Below are positions 36,891-52,741 of a DNA stretch of 64,000 bases, piece after piece. The translations under genes and the position numbers were made by a program. Position 1 is the stretch's first letter. Every line of letters begins with the position of its first letter. The notes under the pieces are model-generated. The model worked only from the letters and a program-made list of their open reading frames with translations, had not been told where the DNA came from and did no database searches. The stretch is from Eledone cirrhosa (Eukaryota), in assembly GCA_964016885.1 (NCBI GenBank), contig OZ024741.1, positions 19,034,001 through 19,098,000 of the forward strand, in the 5' to 3' direction.

Positions 36891-38747
36891 CAGAATATAC
36901 TCTTATTTACACTAAATACACACAAACACACTCACCTTCATCATGATCATTGTCTGGCATAAATATGTATATATGAATGCATATGTATATTTACACACAT
37001 TTACCAAAAGTACACACACACTTACACATGTATACACACTTATATGCACACAGTTACATAAAATACACTCAGTTATATACCGCAGTATGAACAGTACCTT
37101 ATCTTTTACTACTGTGCCCCAAATATTCTATATCAATTGAATGTGTGTATATGGTCATTGAGACAGGCAGTTATGTATGTATATTTGTTGGTGTGTTGGT
37201 ATGTGTGTATATATATATTTGTATGTATTATAGGTATGTGTGTGCATATATATATTATATACATGCATGTGTGTATGCATTATAGGTATGTGTGTGCATA
37301 TATATATTATATATATATATACATACATGTGTGTTTATGTTTTATAGGCCTGAGTATGCATATATTGTTATACTTGGGTCATGCTGCCAATAAAAACACA
37401 TGTGCCTGTTGAATTTCCCTTCACTTGATTATTAGTTGAGTAACTAATCCATTCATTGGTTTGTTTAGTAACTAGATGGTCGTTTAATTATTAATTGTTA
37501 TGGTAATTGTCGAAGGACTTCATCACACATCCTGTGACCTCAATGAATATTCTTGTTACACCTATTTCTCCAATTTTACTTTATCTTGTATTTTTAGGTG
37601 TATATCTGGTTATTGCATGCATGTACATTTGTTTTTGTATGTGTGTGTTACTACTTCTATGAGCTTCAGTGTTTAAAATGCGTATGTGTGTGTTTGTGCA
37701 TGTGTTTGTGTTTTTATGACCCGTTCCTCCTCCAAGTCTTTGTGCATATGTGCATCTTTTTTTTTTTCTTGTCTCTCTTGCTCATCACTAGGCAGTTGTT
37801 ATTTTAAATATTTTGTATTCTGTGTGTGTGAGCAAAAGACTCCATGTATCCTACTAGACTTGTTCTTGTGTGTCCTTATATTGCCCTCAGTTACTATGCT
37901 TTGAAATTGTTGTTATTCCATTCATACTTTCTATTGAGTTTCAGCTTACATTCAGTTGTGTGTCACTTCCTTGATCTACCTGAACATGGCATCTGTTCAG
38001 TTTGTAGATATAATTTTTATTTTTAGTGAGGCCCCATATTCAACTTAACAATAACACAAGAAAAATATTTAACTGCTGAAATCTAATATTATCTCTCATA
38101 TAACAATGTGATGTTCATTTCAGGTTTGAATATAAATTAATAGAAGTGGCTTTGGGCAGGTTGTTAATAGTGCTAAGATATACAACAGCTATTTCTATAT
38201 AACATGTGTATGCACACAATCTGGGGGTAGATGTGTAAATCAAACTGATAATAAACAAGTCTTGTTTGACTTACAAAACATTGCAGAATTTGAAAATATA
38301 GTCACCACAATTTACCCAATTGAATAAATTAGGTAAAGTACCCCTGGAGATGGCATATGAGAGATGCCTGATTTGATTCCTCACAAGCATCTCTGTCCGT
38401 CTTTTTTCTGTTTCCAAGGGTACTTGACCTGGTTTATCAAACTGTTATCTATAGTTAGAATAAGGAAAATGCAAAGTTTGGTGTAGATGTTAACGGGTAC
38501 TTTATTAAAGGACTCTTTAACATCTTCACTGAACTTCACATTTTCCTTATTCTACATATACTCTGTCACTGACTGACAAATCATATTTGGAAGAAAATAT
38601 ATGTTGAGTGCTTGAACCGAATTGCATCATTATTTACTGGTTGGTATGTTGGTTGCATAGTTGGATGCATACGTAACAGCATGTTTACTGTACTCTCTCT
38701 CTCTCTCTCACTCTTTCTCTCTATCTCTCTTTCTCTCTATCTTTCTC

Positions 38748-38790
<43 letters not shown>

Positions 38791-38839
38791 CTGACTCTCT
38801 CTCTCTCTCTCTCCCTCTATCTTTCTCTCTATCTTTCTC

Positions 38840-38922
<83 letters not shown>

Positions 38923-38937
38923 ATATATATATATATA

Positions 38938-41010
38938 TAGTGTATCCGGAATGATAAAGGTGAGCTTGCCCTCACAAGTGCTGAGAAGAAAGATGCATTG
39001 AAGAGTCATTATGATAGAGAATGAGGAGAATGCATGGGAAGAAGAGACCCTACCCCAAGTAGACCCTATAGAGGGGCCAGCAGTACAAGTCAGCAGCAGC
39101 GTAGTAAGTAAGGCAATGAAAGATATGAAGATGGGGAAGGCAACCGGTCCATCGGGTATAGCTGCCGAGATGCTGAAGGCATCTGGGTCTGTAGGTCACA
39201 CTATAACCACACGTATTGTTAACCAGGTAATACTAGAAGGTGTCATACCAAAAGATTGGTGCAGTAGCATCATTGTCAACTGCTACAAAGGTAAAGGTGA
39301 TGCACTAGATAGAGGAAACTATAGAGGTATAAAGCTGATGGACCAGGCCATGAAAGTAACAGAAAGAGTTATAGCACAGTTGATTAGGGACCGGGTGAAA
39401 CTAGATGAGATGCAATTTGGGTTTGTACCAGGAAGAGGCACCCCTGATGCCCTCTTCCTTGTGAGGCAGTTACAGGAAAAGTACCTAGCTAAAAGTAAGC
39501 CACTCTACCTGGCATTCGTCGATCTCGAGAAAGCTTTTGATAGAGTTCCATGTGCTGTAATCTGGTGGGCTCTTAGAAAACTAGGAGTAGATGAATGGCT
39601 TGTGAAAGCTGTACAAGCCATGTATAGGGGAGCAGTCAGCAAAGTTAGGATTAGCAATGAGTATAGCGAGGAATTTAGTGTACAGGTTGGTGTCCACCAG
39701 GGCGCTGTTCTTAGTCCTCTCCTGTTCATCATAGTCCTGCAGGCAATAACGGAGGAGTTTAAGACCGGATGCCCATGGGAACTCCTGTATGCTGATGACC
39801 TCGCACTTATAGCTGAATCTATGGTAGAACTAGAGAAGAAATTCCAAACTTGGAAGCAGGGACTAGAAAGAAAGGGTCTCAAAGTCAACATGACAAAGAC
39901 TAAGGTCCTTGTAAGTAGATGAGAAAACAGAACCCAGATCCCCTCAGGGAAATGGCCTTGCTCAGTATGAAGGAAAGGTGTAGGTAGGAACTCCATTCTC
40001 TGCCCCAAATGCAAACAATGGGTACACAAGAGATGTAGAAGGATCTCAGGAAGCTTAACTAAGAATGTAGGCTTCACATGTAGCAGCTGTACTGGGACAA
40101 CAAGCAAACAGCAACAGGAATCAAGTACCACCAATCTCTGGGAGGGCTCTGTAGAGACAGTAGACAGCTTCTGCTACATAGGTGACTGAATTAGCAGTGG
40201 AGGTGGATGTTCAGAAAGTACAATAACTAGGGTAAGAACGGGATGGAAGAAGTTCAGGGAGCTACTGCCACTGCTAGCTGCAAAAGGCTTCTCCCTCAAA
40301 ATGAAAGCAGACTGTATGATGCGTGCATCCGAACAGCAATGTTACATGGTAGTGAGACCTGGGCGCTGAAGGTGGAAGACTTACGTAGATTAGAGAGAAA
40401 CGAAGCCTGTATGCTCCGATGGATGTGTAATAGTAATATACGCGAACGACAAAGCATAAATGAATTGAGAGAGAGACTGAGCATAAGAAGGCGGTTGCGT
40501 TGGTATGGACATGTGATGCGTATGAAGGATGACAGCTGCATAAAAAGGTGCAGAGCACTAGAAGTCGATGGAAACTGCGGAGTGGGTAGACCCGAGATGA
40601 CCTGGGATGAGGTGATAAAAGCCGACCTTACCCAATTACACCTCTCAAAGGTGATGACATACGACCGTGACCTCTGGCGTCACGCAGTAATACAGAGTAC
40701 CCGACCTCCCATGGGTACAAGCTGAAGCATATAGACAATATGCCCCCACACCCCCCACCGCAAGGTGGACGTGGAGGTGTCACGGTAAAAAAGCACCCAG
40801 CCGACACTGTAAAGTGGATGTGTAGGCGCCACGGAAAAGCATCCACACTCACTGTAAATGAGGCTGGTGTTAGGAAGGGCATCCAGCTGTAGAAATCAGT
40901 TCCTGTATGAGCAAGGCATGGTCAGCCAACCAGACACTGCCCACAACAGGACAACCCGTCTAACCCATGCTAGCGTGGAAGAACGGACGTAAAACAGTTG
41001 TGATGATGAT
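38938..41010 (+). mobile_element. 5'-truncated, degenerate RTE LINE
   Basis: Same family as the 10357 copy; stops near 39920, 39968 and 40186, frameshift near 40305. Confidence 0.95.
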
Positions 41011-41321
41011 ATATATATATATATATATAAATAAAATAAAATAACAGGAGGCTGGACAGGTATATTCCAATACCTGATGATATCACCGGATTCATATGGA
41101 ACCCGGTCATTGACATGATCAGAGTATAATAAACCTTTCAAGGATTTACACAACTCCAGCCTCCTGTTATTTCATTTATAATTAACTCCGTATTCGCACC
41201 ACCAACTACACAAACGAAGATGGGTGAACTGCACTGCGTTGAGTACTCTTCACAATATTACACCAGGATTGACCATACGGAATGACCAGTTCTATCCAGT
41301 GGTGAACCAACAAACCTAAAG

Positions 41322-41366
<45 letters not shown>

Positions 41367-42004
41367 AGAATTGTACAGTGATTATGTATGTCAAGAAAAG
41401 GTAGAGGAGAAAATAGCCCAGGAGAGTGTTGTGTGTGTGTATATATATATGTTTGTATGGGTGGGTGTATATGTGTGAGAGCATTGGATGTTCCTATTCA
41501 TACAAGATCATTTTAAGTATATACACATCTATCAATTAATTGTATTGTTTATGTGTGTGTGTGTGTGGGTGCAAGTGTCTGTCTATATGACTGTGTTAAT
41601 GTGTCTGTATGTGTGACAGTGTTCTGTTTGCCTAGCACTTTAGCCCCCACCCCACACACTGTCTCTCTCTTTCACTGTCACATATGTACACACACACATA
41701 TATATATATGTATATATATAAATACATATTTACAAACACATATGCTTACATGAATACATACACACACACTTACGTACACACCTACATATAATCATGTACA
41801 CGCCAACACGTATGTCTGTCTGTGTTAGAACCACCTCCTCCTCCATCTGTATTGGACTGGAATGCTCTGTGGCAGTGAGTACAGCTGAAGGGCTGAGGTT
41901 ACACCAGCTGTGTGTGTGTGTGTGTGTGTGTGTACTGACCTGGGGTCAAACAACACACTATGGGTGAATGAATTTCCTGGCAGAATTCACACTCAACTGA
42001 CTGT

Positions 42005-42340
42005 TCATAATTGTTTCTACTTTAGGCACAAGGCCAGCAAATACTCAGTACATTACTGGTACTTTATTTTATCGACCCCGTAAGGATGAAAGGCAAAGTT
42101 AACCTCGGCGGGATTTGAACTCAGACTGTAAAGGGACGTAACTATTCATAATTGTTTCTACTTTAGGCACAAGGCCAGCAATTACCCAGTGCATTACTGG
42201 TACTTTATTTTATCGACCCCGTAAGGATGAAAGGCAAAGTCAACCTCGGCGGGATTTGAACTCAGATCGTAAAGGGACGTAACTATGCTGGAAAGCATGG
42301 CATCCGACCCTCTACCGATACTGCCAATCCACCGCCCTAT
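42005..42340 (-). mobile_element. tRNA-derived SINE with tandemly duplicated 3' body
   Basis: Reverse complement of the 15090-15285 type, with a unit of about 140 bp present twice. Confidence 0.75.
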
Positions 42341-42994
42341 CCACGTAACTATTCATAATGGTTGCTGTTGAGAGCTCTGGTGTCCTTAGTCACCAGACTG
42401 TTTTTTTTGCCTGTAAAATTGTGAAGGATGCTCCAGCTTGATTAGTGGCTGATGTAGTGGGTGTAGCTGGCTATTTTCTATGGAAATGTTTTCACCACCT
42501 TGTCTATAAGTGAGGGACAGACAGGTTTACACAGTCTGTCCCTCACTTTCCTATTCGCCCTTTTTTCTCTCTTCCTGTTTGTTATGCGAAATATTACTGT
42601 AAAGTGGTTGGTAATAGGAAGGTCATCCAGCTGTAGCATACTTGCCAGACAAAGGCTTGGGAGGACCCTCGGTTGTGTCAAAGGCATGACAACCTCTCCT
42701 GAGCAATTGATAGAACATGAGACACTACATAAGTACACAGGTCCCTGGCGTGTCTGGGAGATCAGTGGCTCTGCTTCAGTACTGACTTGGTCTATATGGA
42801 CCTGTCCAACCCTTGCTAGCAGGGAAGGTGGACATTAAAACGACAATGATGATGATTCATGTGAATAAAATTTGGCTACATTTAAGTATGATACATTATC
42901 TGAGTGATCTTTACGTAGAATGACAGAGCTACAGGGAATATTGTTGATACAGGACATTAACACTGGCTTAAATAGTGTCTAGGAAGAAGACACA

Positions 42995-45900
42995 CTCACA
43001 CCATACACACCATACACTCTGTACACACCATACACTCTGTACACACCATACACACTGTACACACCATACACTCTGTACACACCATACACTCTGTACACAC
43101 CATACACACCATACACTCTGTACACACCATACACTCTGTACACACCATACACTCTGTGCACACCATACACTCTGTACACACCATACACTCCATACACTCT
43201 GTACACACCATACACTCTGTACACACCATACACTCCATACACTCTGTACACACCATACACTCTGTACACACCATACACTCTGTACACACCATACACTCCA
43301 TACACACCATACACTCTGTACACTCTGTACACACCATACACTCCATACACACCATACACTCTGTACACACCATACACTCCATACACTCCGTACACACCAT
43401 ACACTCCGTACACTCTGTACACACCATACACTCCATACACTCTGTACACACCATACACTCCATACACTCCGTACACTCTGTACACACCATACACTCCATA
43501 CACTCTGTACACACCATACACTCCATACACACCATACACTCCATACACTCCGTACACACCATACACTCTGTACACACCATACACTTCATACACTCCATAC
43601 ACTCCGTACACTCTGTACACACCATACACTCCATACACTCCGTACACTCCATACACTCTGTACACACCATACACTCCATACACTCTGTACACACCATACA
43701 CTCCGTACACTCTGTACACTCTGTACACACCATACACTCCATACACTCCGTACACTCTGTACACACCATACACTCCATACACTCCGTACACACCATACAC
43801 TCTGTACACTCTGTACACACCATACACTCTGTACACTCTGTACACACCATACACTCCATACACTCTGTACACACCATACACTCTGTACACTCTGTACACA
43901 CCATACACTCCATACACTCTGTACACACCATACACTCTGTACACACCATACACTCCATACACTCCGTGCACACCATACACTCTGTACACACCATACACTC
44001 AGTACACTCCGTACACTCCATACACTCCATACACTCCGTACACTCCATACACTCCATACACTCCGTACACACCATACACTCTGTACACTCTGTACACACC
44101 ATACACTCAGTACACTCTGTACACACCATACACTCCATACACTCCGTACACTCTGTACACACCATACACTCCATACACTCCGTACACACCATACACTCTG
44201 TACACTCTGTACACACCATACACTCTGTACACTCCGTACACACCATACACTCTGTACACACCATACACTCCGTGCACACCATACACTCTGTACACACCAT
44301 ACACTCAGTACACTCCGTACACTCTGTACACACCATACACTCCATACACTCCGTACACTCTGTACACACCATACACTCCATACACTCCGTACACACCATA
44401 CACTCTGTACACTCTGTACACACCATACACTCTGTACACTCCGTACACACCATACACTCCATACACTCCATACACTCTGTACACACCATACACTCCATAC
44501 ACTGTACACACCATACGCTCCATACACTCTGTACACACCATACACTCCATACACTCCGTACACACCATACACTCTGTACACACCATACACTCCATACACT
44601 CCGTACACACCATACACTCTGTACACACCATACACTCCATACACTCTGTACACACCATACACTCTGTACACACCATACACTCCATACACTCTGTACACAC
44701 CATACACTCCGTACACTCTGTACACACCATACACTCCATACACTCCATACACTCTGTACACACCATACACTCCATACACTCTGTACACACCATACACTCT
44801 GTACACTCTGTACACTCCATACACTCCGTACACACCATACACTCCGTACACTCCGTACACTCCGTACACACCATACACTCTGTACACTCTGTACACACCA
44901 TACACTCCATACACTCTGTACACTCTGTACACACCATACACTCTGTACACTCTGTACACTCTGTACACACCATACACTCTGTACACACCATACACTCCAT
45001 ACACTCCGTACACACCATACACTCTGTACACTCTGTACACACCATACACTCCATACACTCTGTACACACTGTACACACCATACACTCTGTACACTCTGTA
45101 CACACCATACACACCATACACTCTGTACACACCATACACTCCATACACTCCGTACACACCATACACTCTGTACACTCTGTACACACCATACACTCTGTAC
45201 ACACCATACACACCATACATTCTGTACACACCATACACTCCGTACACACCATACACTCTGTACACACCATACACTCTGTACACACCATACACACCATACA
45301 CTCTGTACACACCATACACACCATACACTCTGTACACACCATACACTCCATACACTCTGTACACTCCATACACTCCGTACACTCTGTACACACCATACAC
45401 TCTGTACACTCTGTACACACCATACACTCCATACACTCTGTACACACCATACACTCCGTACACACCATACACTCTGTACACACCATACACTCTGTACACA
45501 CCATACACTCTGTACACACCATACACTCCGTACACACCATACACTCTGTACACTCTGTACACACCATACACTCCATACACTCCGTACACACCATACACTC
45601 CGTACACTCCATACACTCCGTACACACCATACACTCTGTACACTCTGTACACACCATACACTCCATACACTCCGTACACACCATACACTCTGTACACTCT
45701 GTACACACCATACACTCCATACACTCCGTACACACCATACACTCTGTACACTCTGTACACACCATACACTCCATACACTCCGTACACACCATACACTCTG
45801 TACACACCATACACTCTGTACACACCATACACTCTGTACACACCATACACTCTGTACACACCATACACTCTGTACACTCCATACACTCCGTACACACCAT

Positions 45901-48517
45901 ACACTCTGTACACACCATACACTCTGTACACACCATACACTCTGTACACACCATACACTCTATACACTCTGTACACACCATACACTCTGTACACACCATA
46001 CACTCTATACACTCTGTACACACCATACACTCCATACACTCTGTACACACCATACACTCTGTACACACCATACACTCCATACACTCTGTACACACCATAC
46101 ACACCGTACACACCATACACTCTGTACACTCTGTACACACCATACACTCCATACACTCTGTACACACCATACACTCTGTACACTCCGTACACACCATACA
46201 CTCTGTACACACCATACACTCTGTACACACCATACACTCTGTACAGACCATACACACCATACACACCATACACTCCATACACTCTGTACACACCATACAC
46301 ACCATACACACCATACACTCCATACACTCTGTACACACCATACACACCATACACACCATACACACCATACACTCCATACACTCTGTACACACCATACACT
46401 CCATACACTCTGTACACACCATACACACCATACACACCATACACTCCATACACTCTGTACACACCATACACTCTGTACACTCTGTACACACCATACACTC
46501 TGTACACACCATACACTCTGTACACACCATACACACCATACACTCTGTACACACCATACACTCTGTACACACCATACACTCTGTACACACCATACACTCT
46601 GTACACACCATACACACCATACACTCTGTACACACCATACACTCTGTACACACCATACACTCTGTACACACCATACACTCTGTACACACCATACACACCA
46701 TACACTCTGTACACACCGTACACTCTGTACACACCATACACTCTGTACACACCATACACTCTGTACACAACATACACACCATACACTCTGTACACACCAT
46801 ACACTCTGTACACACCATACACTCTGTACACACCATACACTCTGTACACACCATACACTCCATACACTCTGTACACACCATACACTCTGTACACACCATA
46901 CACTCTGTACACACCATACACTCTGTACACACCATACACTCCATATACTCTGTACACACCATACACTCTGTACACACCATACACACTGTACACACCATAC
47001 ACTCTGTACACACCATACACACCATACACTCTGTACACACCATACACACCATACACTCTGTACACCATACACTCTGTACACACCATACACTCTGTACACA
47101 CCATACACACCATACACTCTGTACACACCATACACTCTGTACACACCATACACACCATACACACCATACACTCTGTACACACCATACACTCTGTACACAC
47201 CATACACTCTGTACACACCATACACTCTGTACACACCATACACACCATACACTCTTTACACACCATACACTCTGTACACACCATACACTCTGTACACACC
47301 ATACACTCTGTACACACCATACACACCATACACTCTGTACACACCATACACTCTGTACACACCATACACACCATACACTCTTTACACACCATACACTCTG
47401 TACACACCATACACACCATACACTCTGTACACACCATACACTCTGTACACACCATACACTCTGTACACTCCATACACTCTGTACACACCATACACTCTGT
47501 ACACACCATACACTCTGTACACACCATACACTCTGTACACACCATACACTCCATACACTCTGTACACACCATACACACCATACACTCCATACACTCTGTA
47601 CACACCATACACTCTGTACACACCATACACACCATACACTCTGTACACACCATACACTCTGTACACACCATACACTCCATACACTCTGTACGCACCATAC
47701 ACTCTGTACACACCATACACTCTGTACACACCATACACACCATACACTATACACACCATACACTCCATACACTCTGTACACACCATACTCTGTACACACC
47801 ATACACACCATACACTCCATACACTCTGTACACACCATACACTCTGTACACACCATACACACCATACACTCTGTACACACCATACACTCTGTACACACCA
47901 TACACTCTGTACACACCATACACTCTGTACACACCATACACTCCATATACTCTGTACACACCATACACTCTGTACACACCATACACACTGTACACACCAT
48001 ACACTCCATACACTCTGTACACACCATACACTCTGTACACACCATACACTCTGTACACACCATACACACCATACACTCTGTACACACCATACACTCTGTA
48101 CACACCATACACTCTGTACACACCATACACACCATACACTCTGTACACACCATACACTCTGTACACACCATACACTCTGTACACACCATACATCTTGTAC
48201 ACACCATACCCACTGTACACACCATACACACCATACACTCCATACACTCTGTACACACCATACACTCTGTACACACCATACACACCATACAAACCATACA
48301 CTCTGTACACACCATACACACCATACACTCTGTACACACCATACACACCGTACACACCGTACACACCATACACACCATACACACCATACACTCTGTACAC
48401 ACCGTACACTCCATACACTCTATACACACCATACACACCATACACACCATACACACCATACACTCCATACACTCCATACACTCTGTACACTCCATACACT
48501 CCATACACTCCATACAC
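42995..48517 (+). repeat. 5.5 kb satellite of 9-bp units TACACWCYR
   Basis: Units tacacacca, tacactctg, tacactcca and tacactccg. Confidence 0.97.
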
Positions 48518-49029
48518 ATATATACATACACACTTATGTTTCGAACATAACTTGCATAAAATTATGATGGAAGGCTTTTAGACAAATATAAATACTTTAA
48601 AATAAACCGTTTATTACTGCAGAATGCAAGACATTCCCAGATTTGATATCAAACGGTTTAAAAAAATAAACTTTAACAATACAATTTAACAAAGGTTCTT
48701 ACATGAAATTATGATGGAAGGTTTTCAGATAAATATAAACACTTCAAAATAAACTGTTTTGTATGATAGAACTGAACCAGGGATAGTTTCAGGTGATTTA
48801 CTATCAAAAGATTTAACCCTTTACTTTCCATATTTCTAATGAAATATTTTTTATTTAATCAATTAATGAAGAATTTGGGAAGAATTTATAAAAAGTACAA
48901 ATATATTAAGATGGTATTTGTAACATAACAAAATGTTCTAATATAAAATTATCTAAGAACCCTTTAAAATGAGTAGTTTTGTTTCATAGAACCGAAAGCA
49001 GTTTTGTGTGTGTCTGTATGTTCTTCTTT

Positions 49030-49720
49030 GCCCACTTATTCATGAGAGGGTGGTGGGGGAAGAGTCCTGAAATACTCCTTCTAGTGGGTCCTGTCAGAAG
49101 CAACCGGCTCCAATTGATCCAGCTGGATCACCAAGCAAGACCAGCCAAGCTCATGAATATTATCCAACCATCTTGCTCGGGGCCAATCCCTAGGTCTCCT
49201 GCCAGTTGGTTTTGCCTGTAAAATCTGTTCAGTGATTCTTTTGTCAGACATTTTAACTACATGCCCGTAGTATCAGAGCTGTAATATCTCAATTCAGTGA
49301 AGTAGTGTCTCTACTGAAAGCAATTCTCTGATCCCCAAGCTACATACTCTATTGAGCAACATTACTCCAAAGACCCTTCAGAGGAATCCGATTTTGGCCG
49401 CTTATTTTCACAATCATATTCTATCGGTCCTACCCAAGATTCATGACCATAGGTAAGGGTTGACACAGATACTGAATTGAAGATAGCGAGTTTGGTTTTT
49501 ACACCTACCTCCCTCCTGATTACTGAATGCTAAAGCTGGAACATTACTGCACCAACTCCTGCAATTCTTGCACTTAATTCAGCTTCTTACATTCTATCAC
49601 ACATGAAAATGACCCCGAGATATTTGAATTTCTCCACCCACTTCTACACATATAGAGTGCACTGCACATGCTTTCTAGAGATTTTCATTACTGCCATGCA
49701 GCACTTAGATACAAACTTAT
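49030..49720 (-). mobile_element. Old RTE-like LINE fragment
   Basis: Minus strand encodes VEKFKYLGV and LTYGHESWV motifs. Confidence 0.6.
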
Positions 49721-50994
49721 TCAGTGTATGTCAGAGATCATCCTCGGCACAAATACTGAATTGAAGATAGTGAGGTTGTCTTTTACACTTACCTACCTTT
49801 TTCTGATTACCGAATACTTAATTCAGTGTGTCAGTATCAAAAGGGTTAATTAACTGTGACCTCCCTCTAAACTGTGGCCTTGTGCCAATGATGCTACTAT
49901 CATATATCAAACTTGGTTTAAACAGAACAGGTTTTAGTCACAATTTAGTTTTTCTAACAAAGCAGATTGGACTAGGGGTGGAGCAGAGGTTTCCTTAACC
50001 CCCAAGGAATTATAGAGGCACTGTCCTCACGTATGGTATGTCTTGGGCATCTTACACCTGATGGTACTCCAGGTGAAACACAGCCAATTTCTTCCAGAGA
50101 GGGAGAGAAAGAATTGACCCCAGTATTGGCACTTTACTTATCGACCCTTAAGAGATGAAAAGCAAATTTTGACCCTGGTGAGATTTTAAAACGGAGCACA
50201 ATTTTCCAGAACATTAACCAAAACATTTTTAATTCAACACCCTAGTGACTCTGCCAAATTCCCACCTTAGGGCTTTATGTTACATAAAGATTAAAACTTC
50301 CTTTGACACTAAACCATCTGAAACTGCCCCTGATTCTACAATACAGAACTTTTTGTTTTAACCCTTTAATGTTCAAACCAGCCAAAGCCGGCCAGAATTC
50401 TCTACCTCTTTCTGTTGAAACTGGCTTTAACTGGTCACTCAAACTGATGTTAAGGTATTGTTCTCAAAATAAATACTTTCAAAATCTCATAGATTCGATA
50501 TTATGTGAGATAATTATGTGAGGTAAAGCCTTTACCATGAAAATATAATAGAATGCTAAAGGGTTAAAGTGTTTGGATATTTATCTAAAACCCTGCCATC
50601 ACAATTTTATGTACAGATCTTTACAAATTCCTGATTACTTTTAAAATTATTTGAAAGTTATATACAGTATCCTCTTCTTTTCCTTTTTCTTCTTTTCCTT
50701 TTTCTTCTTTTTCTTTTACTTCTTTCTTACTTCTTTTTCTTCTCTTTTCTTCTTATTCTTATTCTTCTTTTTCTTTTTTCTTTTTTCTTTTTTCTTTTTT
50801 CTTTTTTCTTTTTTCTTTTTTCTCTTTTCTTTTTTCTTTTTTCTTTTTTTCTTTTTTCTCTTTTCTTTTTTCTTTTTTCTCTTTTCTTTTTTCTTTTTTC
50901 CTTTTCTTCATCTTTTTCTTCTTCTTCTTGAGATGGTCATGAGGCCAGAGTCCTCCTTCCGCCAGGTTCCGGCTGGATCCTCAAGCGTATACGC

Positions 50995-52741
50995 CAGAGG
51001 TTCTCAAACTTTTGGGAGCCCCTATCCCCACGGTCACGTAATACCCCCTCCCCATTTCCAGAGAGACCTACCTACAAACAAATTGTAAATAATATATAAA
51101 TAACATTATATATACTAGCAGAAAAACCACCCTCTGGTGGTGTTCTGCTAGCATGTGTAGTGTGTATATTGATATTATACGCAAGTATATATACATGTAG
51201 ATATGATACATCAAATAAAATCATAATTGACAATATACACAGAAATTGAACGAAGACTGCGTTACACTGTCTTATGTAATCAGTAACGTAATCCATGATA
51301 CATTAAAAAAGACGATATCTAATATATATTTGTGAAATGGGTGGTGGTTGAAATTGAGTCGTGCACGGTTAAATGGTAGTAGACGTTGTCAGACAGACAT
51401 GAAAATTTACACACCTATGTAAAAAGTGCCAAGGAAGCAAATAGACGAGGTTTCAAATCTCTAACTTGAAAAATGTGGTCCCCAGGGCCCCCAAACGGTC
51501 TATTTACTATCGCTTCTGGTGAGTTATTTCCCCCTGTTCTAATACTTGGATGAGTTATTTTCCGTAGTCGCTTTCAATATTGTCTTATTTACAATTTCAT
51601 ACAAATTTTTAAACTCATCAATTTTTTCATAACATATCAAACACAACGTTCTTTCGCTGTTTTTGAAAAATATTATTGAAAGTTTATTATAAAGAAGCAG
51701 TTTCATGAAAAAAAATAGAAATATGTACTTGGGGCTGGACGGCGTACAATGAGAAGTGGAGCGACGTGTAAAGCGTTGTTTATTAACAGCAAAATAGCAA
51801 TGTCGATGATATGCAAGTTTGAAAATGCAGATTATGAAGGTTTGTATGATAGTTTACACTTTGATTACCCTGGTCAACAAGAGGGGCCTCTATATATTAG
51901 ATGTTTATTAGAAGAGGGGGAAATAACTAACCCCAGTATTAAAACAGGGGGTTCGCAATTTAAGGGTTTTATTTCTTTTGTTAGAAAACAGTGACCTTTT
52001 TCGGTTTGGCATTATCATTTTTATTTTTATTCTAATACATGTTAACCACCACTAACAGTAAGTAGTATTTTTCAAAGTCAAATGAAAAGTTTAAAGAATA
52101 AATGCATGTAAACTTAATGAATGGGATCTATATGCCTTTGGGTTGCCGAGTTAATTCATTCAGTTTTTTTTAAAATATTCATTGTAAACTTAATGAATGG
52201 GATCTATAAGCCGTTTGGTTGCCGAGTTAATTCATTCAGTTTTTTTTTAATATTCATTGTAAACTTAAGGAATGGGATCTATAAGCCCTTTGGTTGCCGA
52301 GTTAATTAATTCAGTTTTTTTTAAATATTCATTGTCTTATTTAAAATAACATATCAAAAACAACGTTATTTTGCTGTTAATAAACTGTTGCCTTCTACAG
52401 TACGTTTCATTTTCATTTTTCAATTACAGTTGCTCTATATTAAATTTAAATACTTCTATAACGATCATACAGTACCGTTTTATGAAATCGATTTTGCAGT
52501 AGAATTTTACGAAATGCCAAACCGAAAAAGGTCACTGTTTTCTAACAAAAGAAATAAAACCCTTACATTGCGAACCCCCTATTCTAATACTGGGGTTAGT
52601 TATTTGCCCCCTCTTCTAATAAACGTCTTATAGAAGCCCCTCTTGCTGACCAGGGCAATCAATGTGTAAACTATCATACAAACCTTCATAATCTGCATTT
52701 TCAAACCCCAGGGGTGGTAGCACCCACTTTGAGAACCTCTG
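50995..52741. mobile_element. hAT/Charlie-like non-autonomous element with nested inserts
   Basis: Termini CAGAGGTTCTCAAA and TTTGAGAACCTCTG; internal inverted repeats of about 195 bp at 51817-52013 and 52512-52706. Confidence 0.6.

Noticed and set aside
38124-38159. Possible short exon (cag|GTTTGAA...GCAG|gttg)
   Set aside because: Matches a repeat also seen near 6310-6370, and the donor is weak.
41935-41947. TGACCtggGGTCA palindrome as a nuclear-receptor element
   Set aside because: A single short motif is expected by chance, and there is no other support.
42975-48581. 1400-1900 aa ORFs (YTP/HTL/CMV repeats) on both strands
   Set aside because: The 9-bp satellite lacks stop codons in most frames; there is no unique domain and several frames are open at once.
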